NCBI GenBank assembly: GCA_035370405.1
Contig: DAOOVT010000002.1
Span: 1-59,096 of the forward strand
DNA from: Candidatus Dojkabacteria bacterium
GTDB taxonomy: Bacteria > Patescibacteriota > Dojkabacteria > SC72
DNA length: 59,096 nt
Direction of reading: 5' to 3'
In this document: piece after piece, positions 19,330 to 28,155 of the stretch
Position numbering within the stretch: the stretch's first letter is position 1
Layout: each line of letters begins with the position of its first letter
Notes under the pieces: model-generated
Databases searched by the model: none
What the model saw: the letters and a program-made list of their open reading frames with translations, nothing else
Told to the model about the DNA's origin: nothing
Position numbers and translations under genes: made by a program

Positions 19330-19704
19330 ATGGAAGAGAATATTAAAGAAACAGCAAAAACGAAGAAGGCTGAGGTTAAAGATACTGAGAAGTTTGCAGT
19401 AGTAAAAATATCTGGTGTACAACTCAAAGTATATGAAGGAAAGGAATATGAGATTAATAAACTAGATGGAAAAAAGGGTGATAAGTTGGATTTAAAAGAA
19501 GTTCTTCTTGTAGTTGATGGTGAAAATGTACAGATAGGGCAACCATTTGTAGATGGTGCTGTGGTGAAATTAGAAATATCTTCTCAAAAAAAAGGTGAGA
19601 AAATAAATGGTTTTGTATATAAATCAAAATCGAGACATAGGAAGAAGTTTGGTTCTCGTCCTTTGATTACAAGGGTAAAAGTTGCAAAGATTCAATATGC
19701 CTAA
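19330..19704 (+). CDS. rplU: 50S ribosomal protein L21
   Basis: The core FAVVKISGVQLKVYEGKEYEINKL...GFVYKSKSRHRKKFGSRPLITRVKV matches L21. It has a ~20-aa Lys/Glu-rich N-terminal extension. Confidence 0.92.
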   Translation: MEENIKETAKTKKAEVKDTEKFAVVKISGVQLKVYEGKEYEINKLDGKKGDKLDLKEVLLVVDGENVQIGQPFVDGAVVKLEISSQKKGEKINGFVYKSKSRHRKKFGSRPLITRVKVAKIQYA

Positions 19705-20887
19705 TCAGTATTTTTTTGAAGCAGGTAGTTTTCCAGATCTCTCATATACAGAATTATGTTGTGTTTTACAATCTTTCAATTTTAGTAAAGAGATTGTTGA
19801 GAAATTCTCTGAGAATATATTCCTAGTTGCGGATGAGAATTTCACAGATGATGTTTTAAAAAATGTTTTTAAGAGGTTAGGAGGATGTGTAAGGGCTGGA
19901 GTTGTATTGCAGGATTTGGATTCATTCTTAGGAGAATTTGAAAGTAAGAAAGACAAAGTTGTTTTTGGTATTAGCATTATTGGTGAAGTAAAGGGATATA
20001 ATACTGTTTTTTTGAAAAAGTTGGGGAATGAGATTAAGAAAGGTCTTCAAGAATGTGGTGTTAATTCTCGTTTTGTCCTTCCTATGAGGAAGAATTTATC
20101 TCTAAATGCAGCTCAATTGATTAAGAATAATGTTTTGTATAAAGGATTTGAGCTTAATATTATCGTAGGAAATTCTGGAGAGATATATGGTAGGACGAAA
20201 TATATTCAGGATCTTGGTGGATTCGTAAGGAGAGATATGGACAGACCTAATGCAGATACTTTTGTTGGTACTCTTCCTCCCAAATTGGCTAGAATGATGA
20301 TAAATTTCACCGCATTAAGAAGTGGCATTATATGGGATCCTTTTTGTGGATCTGGGACAATACCTATGGAAGCTGTAACGATGGGTTTTGATGTATTGGC
20401 TTCTGATAGTGATGATTTAGCTGTTGTTTCTACTGATGAAAATATTAGGTGGTTGAATGAGGATGGTAGTATTGATGGGATATTGTATGAGACATTTAAA
20501 TTTGATGTTACTAGACCTGATGGTGAGGTAGTTAAAAAGCTTAAGAATACAGATATATCGGGAATTGTTTGTGAACCTTTTATGGGTCCACCTCAAAAAA
20601 AAATAGTTTCAGAAGAGAAAGCAAAGGAGCTACTTAATGGTGTTGGGAAGTTGTATAGAAGTTTGTTTGACTTAGTTGATAATAGACTTGAAAAAAGGGG
20701 TATTCATGCTGTTATTATCGTTCCTTCATACAAAACTTTTAGTGGATGGAAAACAATTGGTATTAGAGATATTGTTGGGAATAGGTGGATGTTAAAAAAT
20801 TCTGATTATTTACCTAATAGGGAACTTAAGTGGTATAGACAGGACAGTATCATAATGCGTAATATATTTATTTTAGAAAGAAGTTAG
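19697..20887 (+). CDS. Putative SAM-dependent RNA (m2G/m6A-type) methyltransferase, UPF0020/RlmL-like
   Basis: Motif I WDPFCGSGTIPMEA and a motif IV-like CEPFMGPP. Inserted between rplU and rpmA. The ATG at 19697 overlaps the rplU stop; an alternative start lies at 19682. Confidence 0.6.
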   Translation: MPNQYFFEAGSFPDLSYTELCCVLQSFNFSKEIVEKFSENIFLVADENFTDDVLKNVFKRLGGCVRAGVVLQDLDSFLGEFESKKDKVVFGISIIGEVKGYNTVFLKKLGNEIKKGLQECGVNSRFVLPMRKNLSLNAAQLIKNNVLYKGFELNIIVGNSGEIYGRTKYIQDLGGFVRRDMDRPNADTFVGTLPPKLARMMINFTALRSGIIWDPFCGSGTIPMEAVTMGFDVLASDSDDLAVVSTDENIRWLNEDGSIDGILYETFKFDVTRPDGEVVKKLKNTDISGIVCEPFMGPPQKKIVSEEKAKELLNGVGKLYRSLFDLVDNRLEKRGIHAVIIVPSYKTFSGWKTIGIRDIVGNRWMLKNSDYLPNRELKWYRQDSIIMRNIFILERS

Positions 20888-20899
20888 AGAGATTTGTAC

Positions 20900-20928
20900 T
20901 TGAAGTAGGTCTTAAAAAATAGTATTAT
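20900..20928 (+). promoter_or_regulatory. Candidate sigma70-type promoter upstream of rpmA
   Basis: TTGAAG (20900-20905), a 17-nt spacer, then TATTAT (20923-20928). The context is AT-rich, so this is tentative. Confidence 0.3.
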
Positions 20929-20962
20929 CAGCATGTTTAATTAAATTAATGATAGATGTCAA

Positions 20963-21223
20963 ATGTCACACGTTGTTGCAGGGAGTACAACATCAAATCA
21001 TGGGAATGTAGCAGGTAAAAGGCTTGGAGTGAAGAAGTATGCTGGAGAGAAGGTTAAAGCGGGTAATATTATTGTTAAGCAAAATGGTTCTGTGTACCAC
21101 CCTGGTAAGAATGTATATATGGGGAAAACATATTCTATTCATGCCAAGAAAGATGGTGTTGTGCAATTTAGAAAAATGACAGGCTTCAAAAGAGGGAAAT
21201 TTTATGTTGATGTTGTAGAATAG
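20963..21223 (+). CDS. rpmA: 50S ribosomal protein L27
   Basis: Aligns along its whole length with bacterial L27 (GKRLGVKKYAGEKVKAGNIIVKQNGSVYHPGKNV). The N-terminal tail is divergent. Confidence 0.92.
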   Translation: MSHVVAGSTTSNHGNVAGKRLGVKKYAGEKVKAGNIIVKQNGSVYHPGKNVYMGKTYSIHAKKDGVVQFRKMTGFKRGKFYVDVVE

Positions 21224-21228
21224 TTGTT

Positions 21229-21972
21229 ATGTCTAAATCCCAGTATATACAGATAGAGAGTAAGAATGCCCTGTTGGAGTTGTTAAAAGAGGGTAGAGAG
21301 TTTGAAAAAATATATGCTGTAGGAAATGCTTTTAAAGATCCAAAGAGTAGGGAAATTTATGATTTAGCTTCTAAGAAAAAGATTCCTGTTATTAAGGTAT
21401 CAAGAAGAGCTATTAATCGAAGGCTTAGATCTTCTTCGTCAGAAAGTATCATAGGATTGATGTATTCACAGAATGATTGGAGCTTGGAAGAGCTTTTGTC
21501 TGTGATACATGAGGAAGGAAAGCAACCATTTTTCTTAATTTTGGATAATTTGAAATATTCTCAAAATATTGCAGCTATAATGAGAACTGCATTTGCTTCT
21601 GGAGTAAATGGCATTATTGTGAATACACTGAATAAAAGCTTGATATCAGATGAGACAATTAGGATATCTATGGGAGCAGCTGAGAGAGTTCCATTGGTTG
21701 AGACTAATTTGTTTAATGCGATAAAGACATTAAAAAAGAATGCAATAAAAATATATGCTGTAGATATGGATGGAAAAACATATTTTGAGGAGGACCTGAC
21801 TGGACCTGTGGCTTTTGTAATGGGTGCTGAGGATGTTGGTATATCTTCTGGAATTTTAGAGAGAGTAGACGGAAGGATTTCAATCCCGATGAGGGAGGGT
21901 ATTGGTTCTTTAAATGTTAGTTGTAGTGCTGCAATACTTTTGTATGAAAAGTTGAGACAGGAGGTATCTTAG
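21229..21972 (+). CDS. TrmH/SpoU family RNA 2'-O-methyltransferase (RlmB-like)
   Basis: N-terminal substrate-binding domain plus SpoU motifs (LDNLKYSQNIAAIMRTA, MGAEDVGIS, IPM...GSLNVS). Confidence 0.85.
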   Translation: MSKSQYIQIESKNALLELLKEGREFEKIYAVGNAFKDPKSREIYDLASKKKIPVIKVSRRAINRRLRSSSSESIIGLMYSQNDWSLEELLSVIHEEGKQPFFLILDNLKYSQNIAAIMRTAFASGVNGIIVNTLNKSLISDETIRISMGAAERVPLVETNLFNAIKTLKKNAIKIYAVDMDGKTYFEEDLTGPVAFVMGAEDVGISSGILERVDGRISIPMREGIGSLNVSCSAAILLYEKLRQEVS

Positions 21973-21982
21973 TATCAGATTG

Positions 21983-22837
21983 CTATATAAGCTTTTTCAT
22001 TAGATCTGCAAGTTCATCCACTGTGTTATATCTGATTATTATTCGTCCACCTTTTGTCATTTTTCTGATATGTGCAGAATATCCAAGTTTTTGGCTTAGG
22101 AGTTGTTCGTATGCTTTTGTCCTAGGATCTGACTCAGCCCAGTTCTTTCTGGATGCTGTTTTCCCATATGTAATTTTTCTTACGAAGGCCTCAGTTTCTC
22201 TTACACTCATATGTCTCCTTATTACAATATCAGCAGCAGCAATCATAGAAGTGTCATCTTTTATTCCCATTAGAGCTCTTGCGTGTCCTTCAGACAATCT
22301 CTCATTCATTATTTCCTCCTTGATAGGGTCAGGTATCTGTAAGATTCTCATCTTATTTGTAACAGAAACTCTACTGACTCCAACTCTCTTTGCAATTTCT
22401 TGATGAGAGAGACCAAATTCCTCTTGCATTTGTCTGAATGCATATGCCTCTTCTAGTGGGTTTAGGTCTTTTCTCTGAATGTTTTCAATTAAAGCAATTT
22501 CTAGCATTTCTTGTGGTGAAGTATCTTTTATTACAACTGGAACAGACTTCAATCCTGCAAGCTGTGCAGCTTTTAGTCTTCTTTCTCCAGCGATTAGAGT
22601 GTATCTATCGACTCCATCTTGTTTTGTAATGATTAGAGGCTGTATTACTCCATGAGTTCTTATTGAATCAGCTATACTTATGAGTTGCTCAGGATCGATT
22701 TTCATCCTAGGCTGATATGGATTAACTTCTATTTTTGAAATCGGAAAATCTTTGACATATGAACTTGATGAGTTATCCATTTCTTTTGAGCTTATTAAGG
22801 CAGCAAGTCCTTTTCCTAATCTTTTTTTCTCGTCCAT
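21983..22837 (-). CDS. parB: Chromosome partitioning protein ParB/Spo0J
   Basis: ParB box (GVIQPLIIT, LIAGERRLKAA), an HTH region (HQEIAKRVGVSRVSVTN), and a position downstream of parA. Confidence 0.93.
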   Translation of the reverse strand: MDEKKRLGKGLAALISSKEMDNSSSSYVKDFPISKIEVNPYQPRMKIDPEQLISIADSIRTHGVIQPLIITKQDGVDRYTLIAGERRLKAAQLAGLKSVPVVIKDTSPQEMLEIALIENIQRKDLNPLEEAYAFRQMQEEFGLSHQEIAKRVGVSRVSVTNKMRILQIPDPIKEEIMNERLSEGHARALMGIKDDTSMIAAADIVIRRHMSVRETEAFVRKITYGKTASRKNWAESDPRTKAYEQLLSQKLGYSAHIRKMTKGGRIIIRYNTVDELADLMKKLI

Positions 22838-22855
22838 ATCGCAAAAAAACTTAAT

Positions 22856-23650
22856 TTATTTTTCAAACCTATCAATAAATTCAGATGCTAATCTTCTATA
22901 TGCAAAAGCTCCTGTAGAATTTTTGTCATACTGAAAAATAGTTTTACCGTAGGACGGAGCTTCTGATAGTCGTACATTTCTAGGAACTATTGTATTAAAA
23001 GCTATATCTCCAAAAAAATCTTTAACATCTTTGACTACATTTTCCGAGAGCTTTGTTCTACTGTCGTACATTGTTAGAATTACGCCACCTATGGTTAGAG
23101 AAGGATTTATTCCTCTTATGAGTTTTGTGGTCTCTATGAGCTGTCCTAGGCCCTCTAATGCAAAGTATTCACACTGTATTGGAATGATAAGTTTTTGAGC
23201 TGCACTAAGTGCATTTAAGGTTAGGAGTCCTAGAGATGGAGGACAGTCTATTAGAATATAATCAAATTTTTCAGTCATATTCTCTAGAGCTTTTTTCAAT
23301 AGTGTTTCTCTAGATATCATATTAACCATTTCTATTTCTGCACCTGCTAGTGATAGATGGGAAGGAAGAAGAAATAAATTTTTTGTGTCCGTTGTAACAA
23401 AAACAGATGAGATTGGTATACCTTCAACAAGGACATCGTATATATTTTTGTATGGTGCCTCATCAGTAGATTTCCAACTTTGTTTGTCAAATTGTTGTGT
23501 GAATCCAAGTCCAGAAGAAAGATTAGACTGTGGGTCGAGATCTATAGCCAATGTTTTTTTCCCTTTGTGTGCCAATGCTGCCCCCAAATTCATAACAGTT
23601 GTTGTTTTTCCTACACCTCCTTTCTGATTTGCTATTACAAAAATTTTCAT
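22856..23650 (-). CDS. parA: Chromosome partitioning ATPase ParA/Soj
   Basis: Deviant Walker A (NQKGGVGKTTT), plus the DLDPQ and IDCPPSLG motifs. Confidence 0.94.
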   Translation of the reverse strand: MKIFVIANQKGGVGKTTTVMNLGAALAHKGKKTLAIDLDPQSNLSSGLGFTQQFDKQSWKSTDEAPYKNIYDVLVEGIPISSVFVTTDTKNLFLLPSHLSLAGAEIEMVNMISRETLLKKALENMTEKFDYILIDCPPSLGLLTLNALSAAQKLIIPIQCEYFALEGLGQLIETTKLIRGINPSLTIGGVILTMYDSRTKLSENVVKDVKDFFGDIAFNTIVPRNVRLSEAPSYGKTIFQYDKNSTGAFAYRRLASEFIDRFEK

Positions 23651-23671
23651 GTTGTGTAAATAGGTTCTTAT

Positions 23672-24280
23672 CTAAATGTTATATCCTTCGTGTTTTACAA
23701 TCCTGAATTCTGAAAATGGGAAATATACAATCCACGCTTTTCCCTTAATTCTATCCATAGATATTGTTCCAAAAGTTCTGGAATCAGAGCTATGTGGTCT
23801 ATTGTCTCCACATACGAAATATTCACCTTCTGGAACTTTTATACTTTGTCCTTCCTTTAGAAAATCTCCTCCATTGGTATAGATACTTGAATTCAAATAT
23901 GCGGACTCATCTAGTAGATCTCCATTTATATATATTTTGCCATCTTTTAGCATGACAGTTTCTCCTGGAAGGCCAATTATTCTCTTTATGAAATCTTGTG
24001 TGTCTGAGTATTTGAAGATAATTACATCTCCTCTTTGTGGTTGTTTTACTTTGTAAGTGATTTTGTTTGCCATCAGATATTCTCCATTTTTGTATGTTGG
24101 ATGCATAGAGCTTCCAACAACTTCATGTGGTGTCATGATGAAAAGGTAGAGTACTACGGTTATTACTAATGCTACGACTATAGTTTCAAGAAATGAAAGC
24201 ATAAATTGACCTACAGAAGAAATCGCTTGTGAAATTTTTTTAGTCTTGGTTTCTTCGTTTTCTGTCGTAGTCTCGTACAT
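23672..24280 (-). CDS. lepB: Signal peptidase I
   Basis: One TM helix, catalytic Ser box GSSMHPT, Lys box KRIIGLPGE, and GDNRPHSSDSR. Confidence 0.92.
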   Translation of the reverse strand: MYETTTENEETKTKKISQAISSVGQFMLSFLETIVVALVITVVLYLFIMTPHEVVGSSMHPTYKNGEYLMANKITYKVKQPQRGDVIIFKYSDTQDFIKRIIGLPGETVMLKDGKIYINGDLLDESAYLNSSIYTNGGDFLKEGQSIKVPEGEYFVCGDNRPHSSDSRTFGTISMDRIKGKAWIVYFPFSEFRIVKHEGYNI

Positions 24281-24371
24281 GATTTTTATTTCTAAATTAA
24301 GAGGAAATTCACTTATACAGTGTATTCGAATGATATATCTTTGTCAAACAAACATAGGAAATATGATTGTA

Positions 24372-24444
24372 TACCGCTATGGGGAATCGAACCCCAGTTT
24401 ACAGGATGAAAACCTGCTGTCCTAGACCTCTAGACGATAGCGGC
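24372..24444 (-). tRNA. tRNA-Glu (anticodon TTC)
   Basis: Reverse complement is GCCGCTA-TC-GTCTAGAGGTCTAGGAC-A-GCAGG-TTTTCAT-CCTGT-AAAC-TGGGG-TTCGATT-CCCCA-TAGCGGT-A, with a G1:U72 wobble. Confidence 0.85.
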
Positions 24445-24497
24445 ACAGTCGTGACATTCTACTATACTTACGGGTTTTTGTGAAGTTTAGTAATTTA

Positions 24498-24737
24498 CTA
24501 TTGCCCACCTTTTTTGATTTGGTTCAATATTTGTTGCTCTTCAGCAAATGTTGCTCTTTGATATGTTCCCAACTCTTTGTTGTAGACATATCTTCTTTTA
24601 CACTTACATTCGACCATGTATCTGTTGTCAGAAAGATTACCAAGTTTTTTGGCATATTCTAATCTGTGTGTACAGCCAACACATAGTTTCTTTTCAAGAA
24701 GCACTTGTTGAAATGGTCTAATCATTTTTTTGAACAT
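24498..24737 (-). CDS. Small (79 aa) putative zinc-ribbon protein, function unknown
   Basis: The track ORF 24498..24866 runs through tRNA-Leu. The plausible start is the ATG at 24737 (MFKKMIRPF...). It contains CVGC ... CKC cysteine pairs. It has no recognisable family and sits between two tRNA genes. Confidence 0.4.
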   Translation of the reverse strand: MFKKMIRPFQQVLLEKKLCVGCTHRLEYAKKLGNLSDNRYMVECKCKRRYVYNKELGTYQRATFAEEQQILNQIKKGGQ

Positions 24738-24787
24738 ATTTTGTTTTTGATTAACTGAAATACTGATGCTAGAAATAATCTTTGATA

Positions 24788-24872
24788 TGCCGAGGAGAGG
24801 ACTCGAACCTCCACGAGGTTTTGCCTCATATGCTCCTAAGGCATACGTGTCTGCCAATTCCACCACCTCGGC
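24788..24872 (-). tRNA. tRNA-Leu (anticodon TAG), long variable arm
   Basis: Reverse complement is GCCGAGG-TG-GTGGAATTGGCAGACAC-G-TATGC-CTTAGGA-GCATA, a 16-nt variable arm, then GGAGG-TTCGAGT-CCTCT-CCTCGGC-A. Confidence 0.9.
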
Positions 24873-24915
24873 ATTTAGGATATTCTACTAAAAATCATAG
24901 TTTTTTGGTAGTGTG

Positions 24916-25206
24916 CTAGCCTTCATCACTTCCGAAAATATCTCCATAGATCTTAGCACAACCATTCTCTGTATGTTTACAGTTTTTTAGAACTTCTTCT
25001 TGTGTAAGTGAGCTTTTAGGGATATCATTTCTAAGACTATCAAATGGAATGTGCTCTTTCATTGGGAGGATATCTGTTGTGTCTTTTTCTTTAAGAACTT
25101 CAACTGATTTGAGGATACTTTCCATTTGTGGAGTAAATTCCTTAAGCTCATCATCTGTGAGCCTTATTCTTGAGAGTTCAGCTGTGTGTTTTATATCCAT
25201 TTTCAT
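24916..25206 (-). CDS. gatC: Asp/Glu-tRNA amidotransferase subunit C
   Basis: 96 aa. The N-terminus (IKHTAELSRIRLTDDELKEFTPQMESILKSVEVL) is typical of GatC. Overlaps the gatB stop by 4 nt. Confidence 0.88.
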   Translation of the reverse strand: MKMDIKHTAELSRIRLTDDELKEFTPQMESILKSVEVLKEKDTTDILPMKEHIPFDSLRNDIPKSSLTQEEVLKNCKHTENGCAKIYGDIFGSDEG

Positions 25207-26708
25207 TTTAGTTTTTTCTCTAAAGTATTTTTTACGATATTTGGATCTGCTGTTCCATTGGTTGCCTTCATTACTTGTCCAACGAGAAATCCTATGCTTG
25301 CAGTTTTTCCATTTTTGAAATCTTCTACAGCTTTTTGATTTTGAGAAATAACAGTGTCTATTATGGCATCAATATTGGTTGTATTTTCTCCCTTTTGTTT
25401 TCTCATTCTCTCTATTTCTTCTTCAATATTACATCCTGTATCAATTTTTTGTTGTATTATTTCTTCAGCTCTACTCTTGGTGAATATTCCATCTTTGAAT
25501 GCGAGTATGATGCTAGAAAGTTCTTCTAAGCTTATGTTTAGTTGAGACCAGTCTTTTCCTGATTTGTTTGCAATAGCATAGATTGTGCCCATTAACCAGT
25601 TGGAGGCTTCTTTTGCAGCTTCTTTCTCGGTCATTATCTGACTGAGTCTTTTTTGTAGATTTTCAAAGTAGTAAGCACTTTCTTTTGATGAAGATATGAC
25701 TTCTGCAGAATATTTAGATAGTCCCCAATCGTTTGTATATCTTTGGACTTTCTCATCAGGTAGTTCTACTAACATAGTCTTAATTTTATTGACTTCGTCT
25801 TTTGGTATATCAATTATTGGAATATCAGGTTCAGGCATGTATCTATAGTCATCAGCACTTTCCTTGCTTCTTTGAAATTCAGTTATGTTTTTATCCGCAT
25901 TCCAACCTCTTGTTTGTTGAGTGATTTTTTCTCCATTTTTTATTTGGTCATGCATTCGTTGGATCTCATATTCTATTGCTTTTTCAACAGCTGTTATGGA
26001 ACCTATGTTTTTTACTTCTGTTTTTGGATTTAATTTGTATTGCCCAATTGGGACTATTTTTCCATCTTTTAATTGCCATTTTCCTTTTTCTTGTATTGAT
26101 ATGTTTGGTTCGCATCTCATTTGTCCTTTTTCCATATCAGCATCGGAGATATCAAGATATCTAGCAATTTGTCTGATTCTAGTTGCATAATCTTTTGCAT
26201 CTTTAGCATTTGTTATGCATGGCTTGGTTACTATTTCTATGAGTGGAACTCCAGATTTATTGTAGTCAATTAGTGTATATGGTTTTCCAGATATACTTTC
26301 GATGTGGTGTGTTGATTTCGCTACGTCTTCTTCTTGGTGTATTCTTTCAATTTCTACAATTGTTCCACTTGGAAGTTTAACCCAACCATTGTGGCATATT
26401 GGTCTTTTGTATTGACTGATCTGATAGCCCTTTGGGAGATCAGGGTAGAAGTAGTGTTTTCTGTCAAAATGAACTTGTGAATCTATTTCACAATTTAGTG
26501 CTAATCCCATTAGAATACATAGCTCTAACGCATGTTTGTTCACCACAGGAAGAGCTCCTGGGAGGCCTAAACAAACTGGGCATACATGGGTATTTGGTTC
26601 TTCTTGGAAGTATCCTGTTGGACAGGAACAGAACATTTTTGTTTTTGTCTTTGTTTGGATGTGTATTTCCAAACCTATTATTACATCATAGTGTTCGTCA
26701 GTATTCAT
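25203..26708 (-). CDS. gatB: Asp/Glu-tRNA amidotransferase subunit B
   Basis: GatB motifs (VIIGLEIHIQ, CPVCLGLPGALP, RCEPNISI), a C-terminal YqeY-like tail, and a likely ATG at 26708 (MNTDEHYD). The longer track ORF would overlap the upstream gene. Confidence 0.93.
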   Translation of the reverse strand: MNTDEHYDVIIGLEIHIQTKTKTKMFCSCPTGYFQEEPNTHVCPVCLGLPGALPVVNKHALELCILMGLALNCEIDSQVHFDRKHYFYPDLPKGYQISQYKRPICHNGWVKLPSGTIVEIERIHQEEDVAKSTHHIESISGKPYTLIDYNKSGVPLIEIVTKPCITNAKDAKDYATRIRQIARYLDISDADMEKGQMRCEPNISIQEKGKWQLKDGKIVPIGQYKLNPKTEVKNIGSITAVEKAIEYEIQRMHDQIKNGEKITQQTRGWNADKNITEFQRSKESADDYRYMPEPDIPIIDIPKDEVNKIKTMLVELPDEKVQRYTNDWGLSKYSAEVISSSKESAYYFENLQKRLSQIMTEKEAAKEASNWLMGTIYAIANKSGKDWSQLNISLEELSSIILAFKDGIFTKSRAEEIIQQKIDTGCNIEEEIERMRKQKGENTTNIDAIIDTVISQNQKAVEDFKNGKTASIGFLVGQVMKATNGTADPNIVKNTLEKKLK

Positions 26709-26736
26709 AGAGAAGATACTAGCAATTTTAATTGAC

Positions 26737-27813
26737 TTATTCAACAAAGATATCATCTTTGTCATTTGCATTTGTTGTATTTAGAATGTAGAAAGTTCCA
26801 CGACCTCTTCCTTTTTGTAGAATGTACTTTTTTTCTAGCATATCTTGTAGGTCTCTGTATGAAGTCATAAAAGAGACGCCCATCATTTTAGTAAAGTCAC
26901 TTCTTGTTATTTTTTGATTGATTGTTAGATAGTCAATTATTTTAATTTGTCTAGGGTTGAGATGGAGTTCTAGATCTCCCTGTTTTTTTACTTTTTTTAT
27001 GTATGTATCTTTTATTTCATTGGAGATTTCTACGGAAGTTTTAGATATGGTGTAGAGGAATGCTTCTAAGAATGTTGTAAGGTCTAGTTTTCCTTTTGAG
27101 AGTCCAAAGGCAGATGTGAAGTCTTCTGATATGTTGTTTATCGATTTGAACATTGGAAAGATATTTTCTGGATTGTAACCGTATTTTTTTGCAATTGTTT
27201 CTGCAGTAAGTATTGCAGTTATTTGATTTCCCATAGCGAATGGTGCTTTATCTATGAATTCGTAGAGTAGAACACCAATTTTTATTAGTTTGTGATTGAT
27301 GTCTCTTCCATTTTGTATCCATTCAAATATTTCATTAAAGTGCATAACTGGGTCTAGATTGGGGTAGAAGTCTCTGCATTTGTACCATGTGTCATATATT
27401 TCGTTTGGCTTTTCAGAGAATGTCCTTAATTTGCCTATTTCTGTGTCATCAGCGATGTCCTTAGTTATTAGCCTGTTTATATGGGTAGCTAATTCCATAG
27501 ATGGTTTTAGTGAGTTTGTGTCACTGTATGAGTTTATGAAGTCCTTAGCATTCCTAAAATTTGTGAATAGTTTTAATTTTTTCTTTTCGGAAGGCATTTC
27601 TTGTCCTCTTTGTATTGTAAGTGCTTTGTTGTATCCAATTGGGTATGAGACTAATTCACCTAGACTTTGGATATCTTCTGAAGATAATCTTTCTCGTATT
27701 CCTGATTTATATTTTTCTGGTATTGGGTTGTATTTAATATCTGTAATAGCAATCTCATATCTTACGATATAGTTGAGCATTAAGTTTGTGAGCGTATATT
27801 TTGGAACTTTCAT
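26737..27813 (-). CDS. Fic-fold protein with degenerate active-site motif and C-terminal winged-HTH
   Basis: The segment HKLIKIGVLLYEFIDKAPFAMGNQITAILTAETIAKKYGY aligns with the Fic core (HPFxDGNGRxxR), but His, Asp, the second Gly and both Arg are replaced. The C-terminal region (IIDYLTINQKITRSDFTKMMGVSFMTSYRDLQDMLEKKYI) looks like a wHTH. Confidence 0.6.
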   Translation of the reverse strand: MKVPKYTLTNLMLNYIVRYEIAITDIKYNPIPEKYKSGIRERLSSEDIQSLGELVSYPIGYNKALTIQRGQEMPSEKKKLKLFTNFRNAKDFINSYSDTNSLKPSMELATHINRLITKDIADDTEIGKLRTFSEKPNEIYDTWYKCRDFYPNLDPVMHFNEIFEWIQNGRDINHKLIKIGVLLYEFIDKAPFAMGNQITAILTAETIAKKYGYNPENIFPMFKSINNISEDFTSAFGLSKGKLDLTTFLEAFLYTISKTSVEISNEIKDTYIKKVKKQGDLELHLNPRQIKIIDYLTINQKITRSDFTKMMGVSFMTSYRDLQDMLEKKYILQKGRGRGTFYILNTTNANDKDDIFVE

Positions 27814-27832
27814 ATGTTTATTGTTGTTTAAA

Positions 27833-27905
27833 AGCTGGTGGATGGATTCGAACCAACGACCTGTCCCTTACGAAGGGAATGCTCTACCAACTGAGCTACA
27901 CCAGC
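27833..27905 (-). tRNA. tRNA-Thr (anticodon CGT)
   Basis: Reverse complement is GCTGGTG-TA-GCTCAGTTGGTAGAGC-A-TTCCC-TTCGTAA-GGGAC-...-GTTGG-TTCGAAT-CCATC-CACCAGC-T. Confidence 0.9.
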
Positions 27906-28006
27906 ATATATAGTTGGTATTGTAACAAAAATGATACGTATATTCTAGAGCAAATGATCTACAATGTTTTGCTAGGAGAATTTACTAAGTATATGGTTGT
28001 TTTTGT

Positions 28007-28081
28007 GGAGCGAGAGACGGGACTCGAACCCGCTACCTTCTCCTTGGGAAGGAGACATTCTACCAGATGAACTACTCTCGC
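28007..28081 (-). tRNA. tRNA-Gly (anticodon CCC), CCA encoded
   Basis: Reverse complement is GCGAGAG-TA-GTTCATCTGGTAGAAT-G-TCTCC-TTCCCAA-GGAGA-...-GCGGG-TTCGAGT-CCCGT-CTCTCGC-TCCA. Confidence 0.9.
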
Positions 28082-28099
28082 ATCTTGTCGAGAGTATAT

Positions 28100-28129
28100 A
28101 AAAAAAAGAGGAGTATTTCCACTCCTCTT
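28100..28129 (-). terminator. Intrinsic terminator downstream of the YtxH-like gene
   Basis: 9-bp stem AAGAGGAGT (28106-28114) / ACTCCTCTT (28121-28129). On the - strand it is followed by a run of 8 T (the A-run at 28100-28107 on +). Confidence 0.7.
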
Positions 28130-28155
28130 CTTTAATGATTTAACAAAATCACAAA

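Noticed and set aside
24738-24866. N-terminal 43 codons of track ORF 24498..24866.
   Set aside because: This part is the antisense or sense translation of tRNA-Leu (24788..24872). I trimmed the CDS to the internal ATG at 24737.
24873-24915. AT-rich imperfect hairpin CTACTAAAAA...TTTTTGGTAG between gatC and tRNA-Leu, considered as a terminator.
   Set aside because: The stem is almost entirely A:T with a wobble pair, and no T-run follows on the relevant (minus) strand. This is too weak to call.
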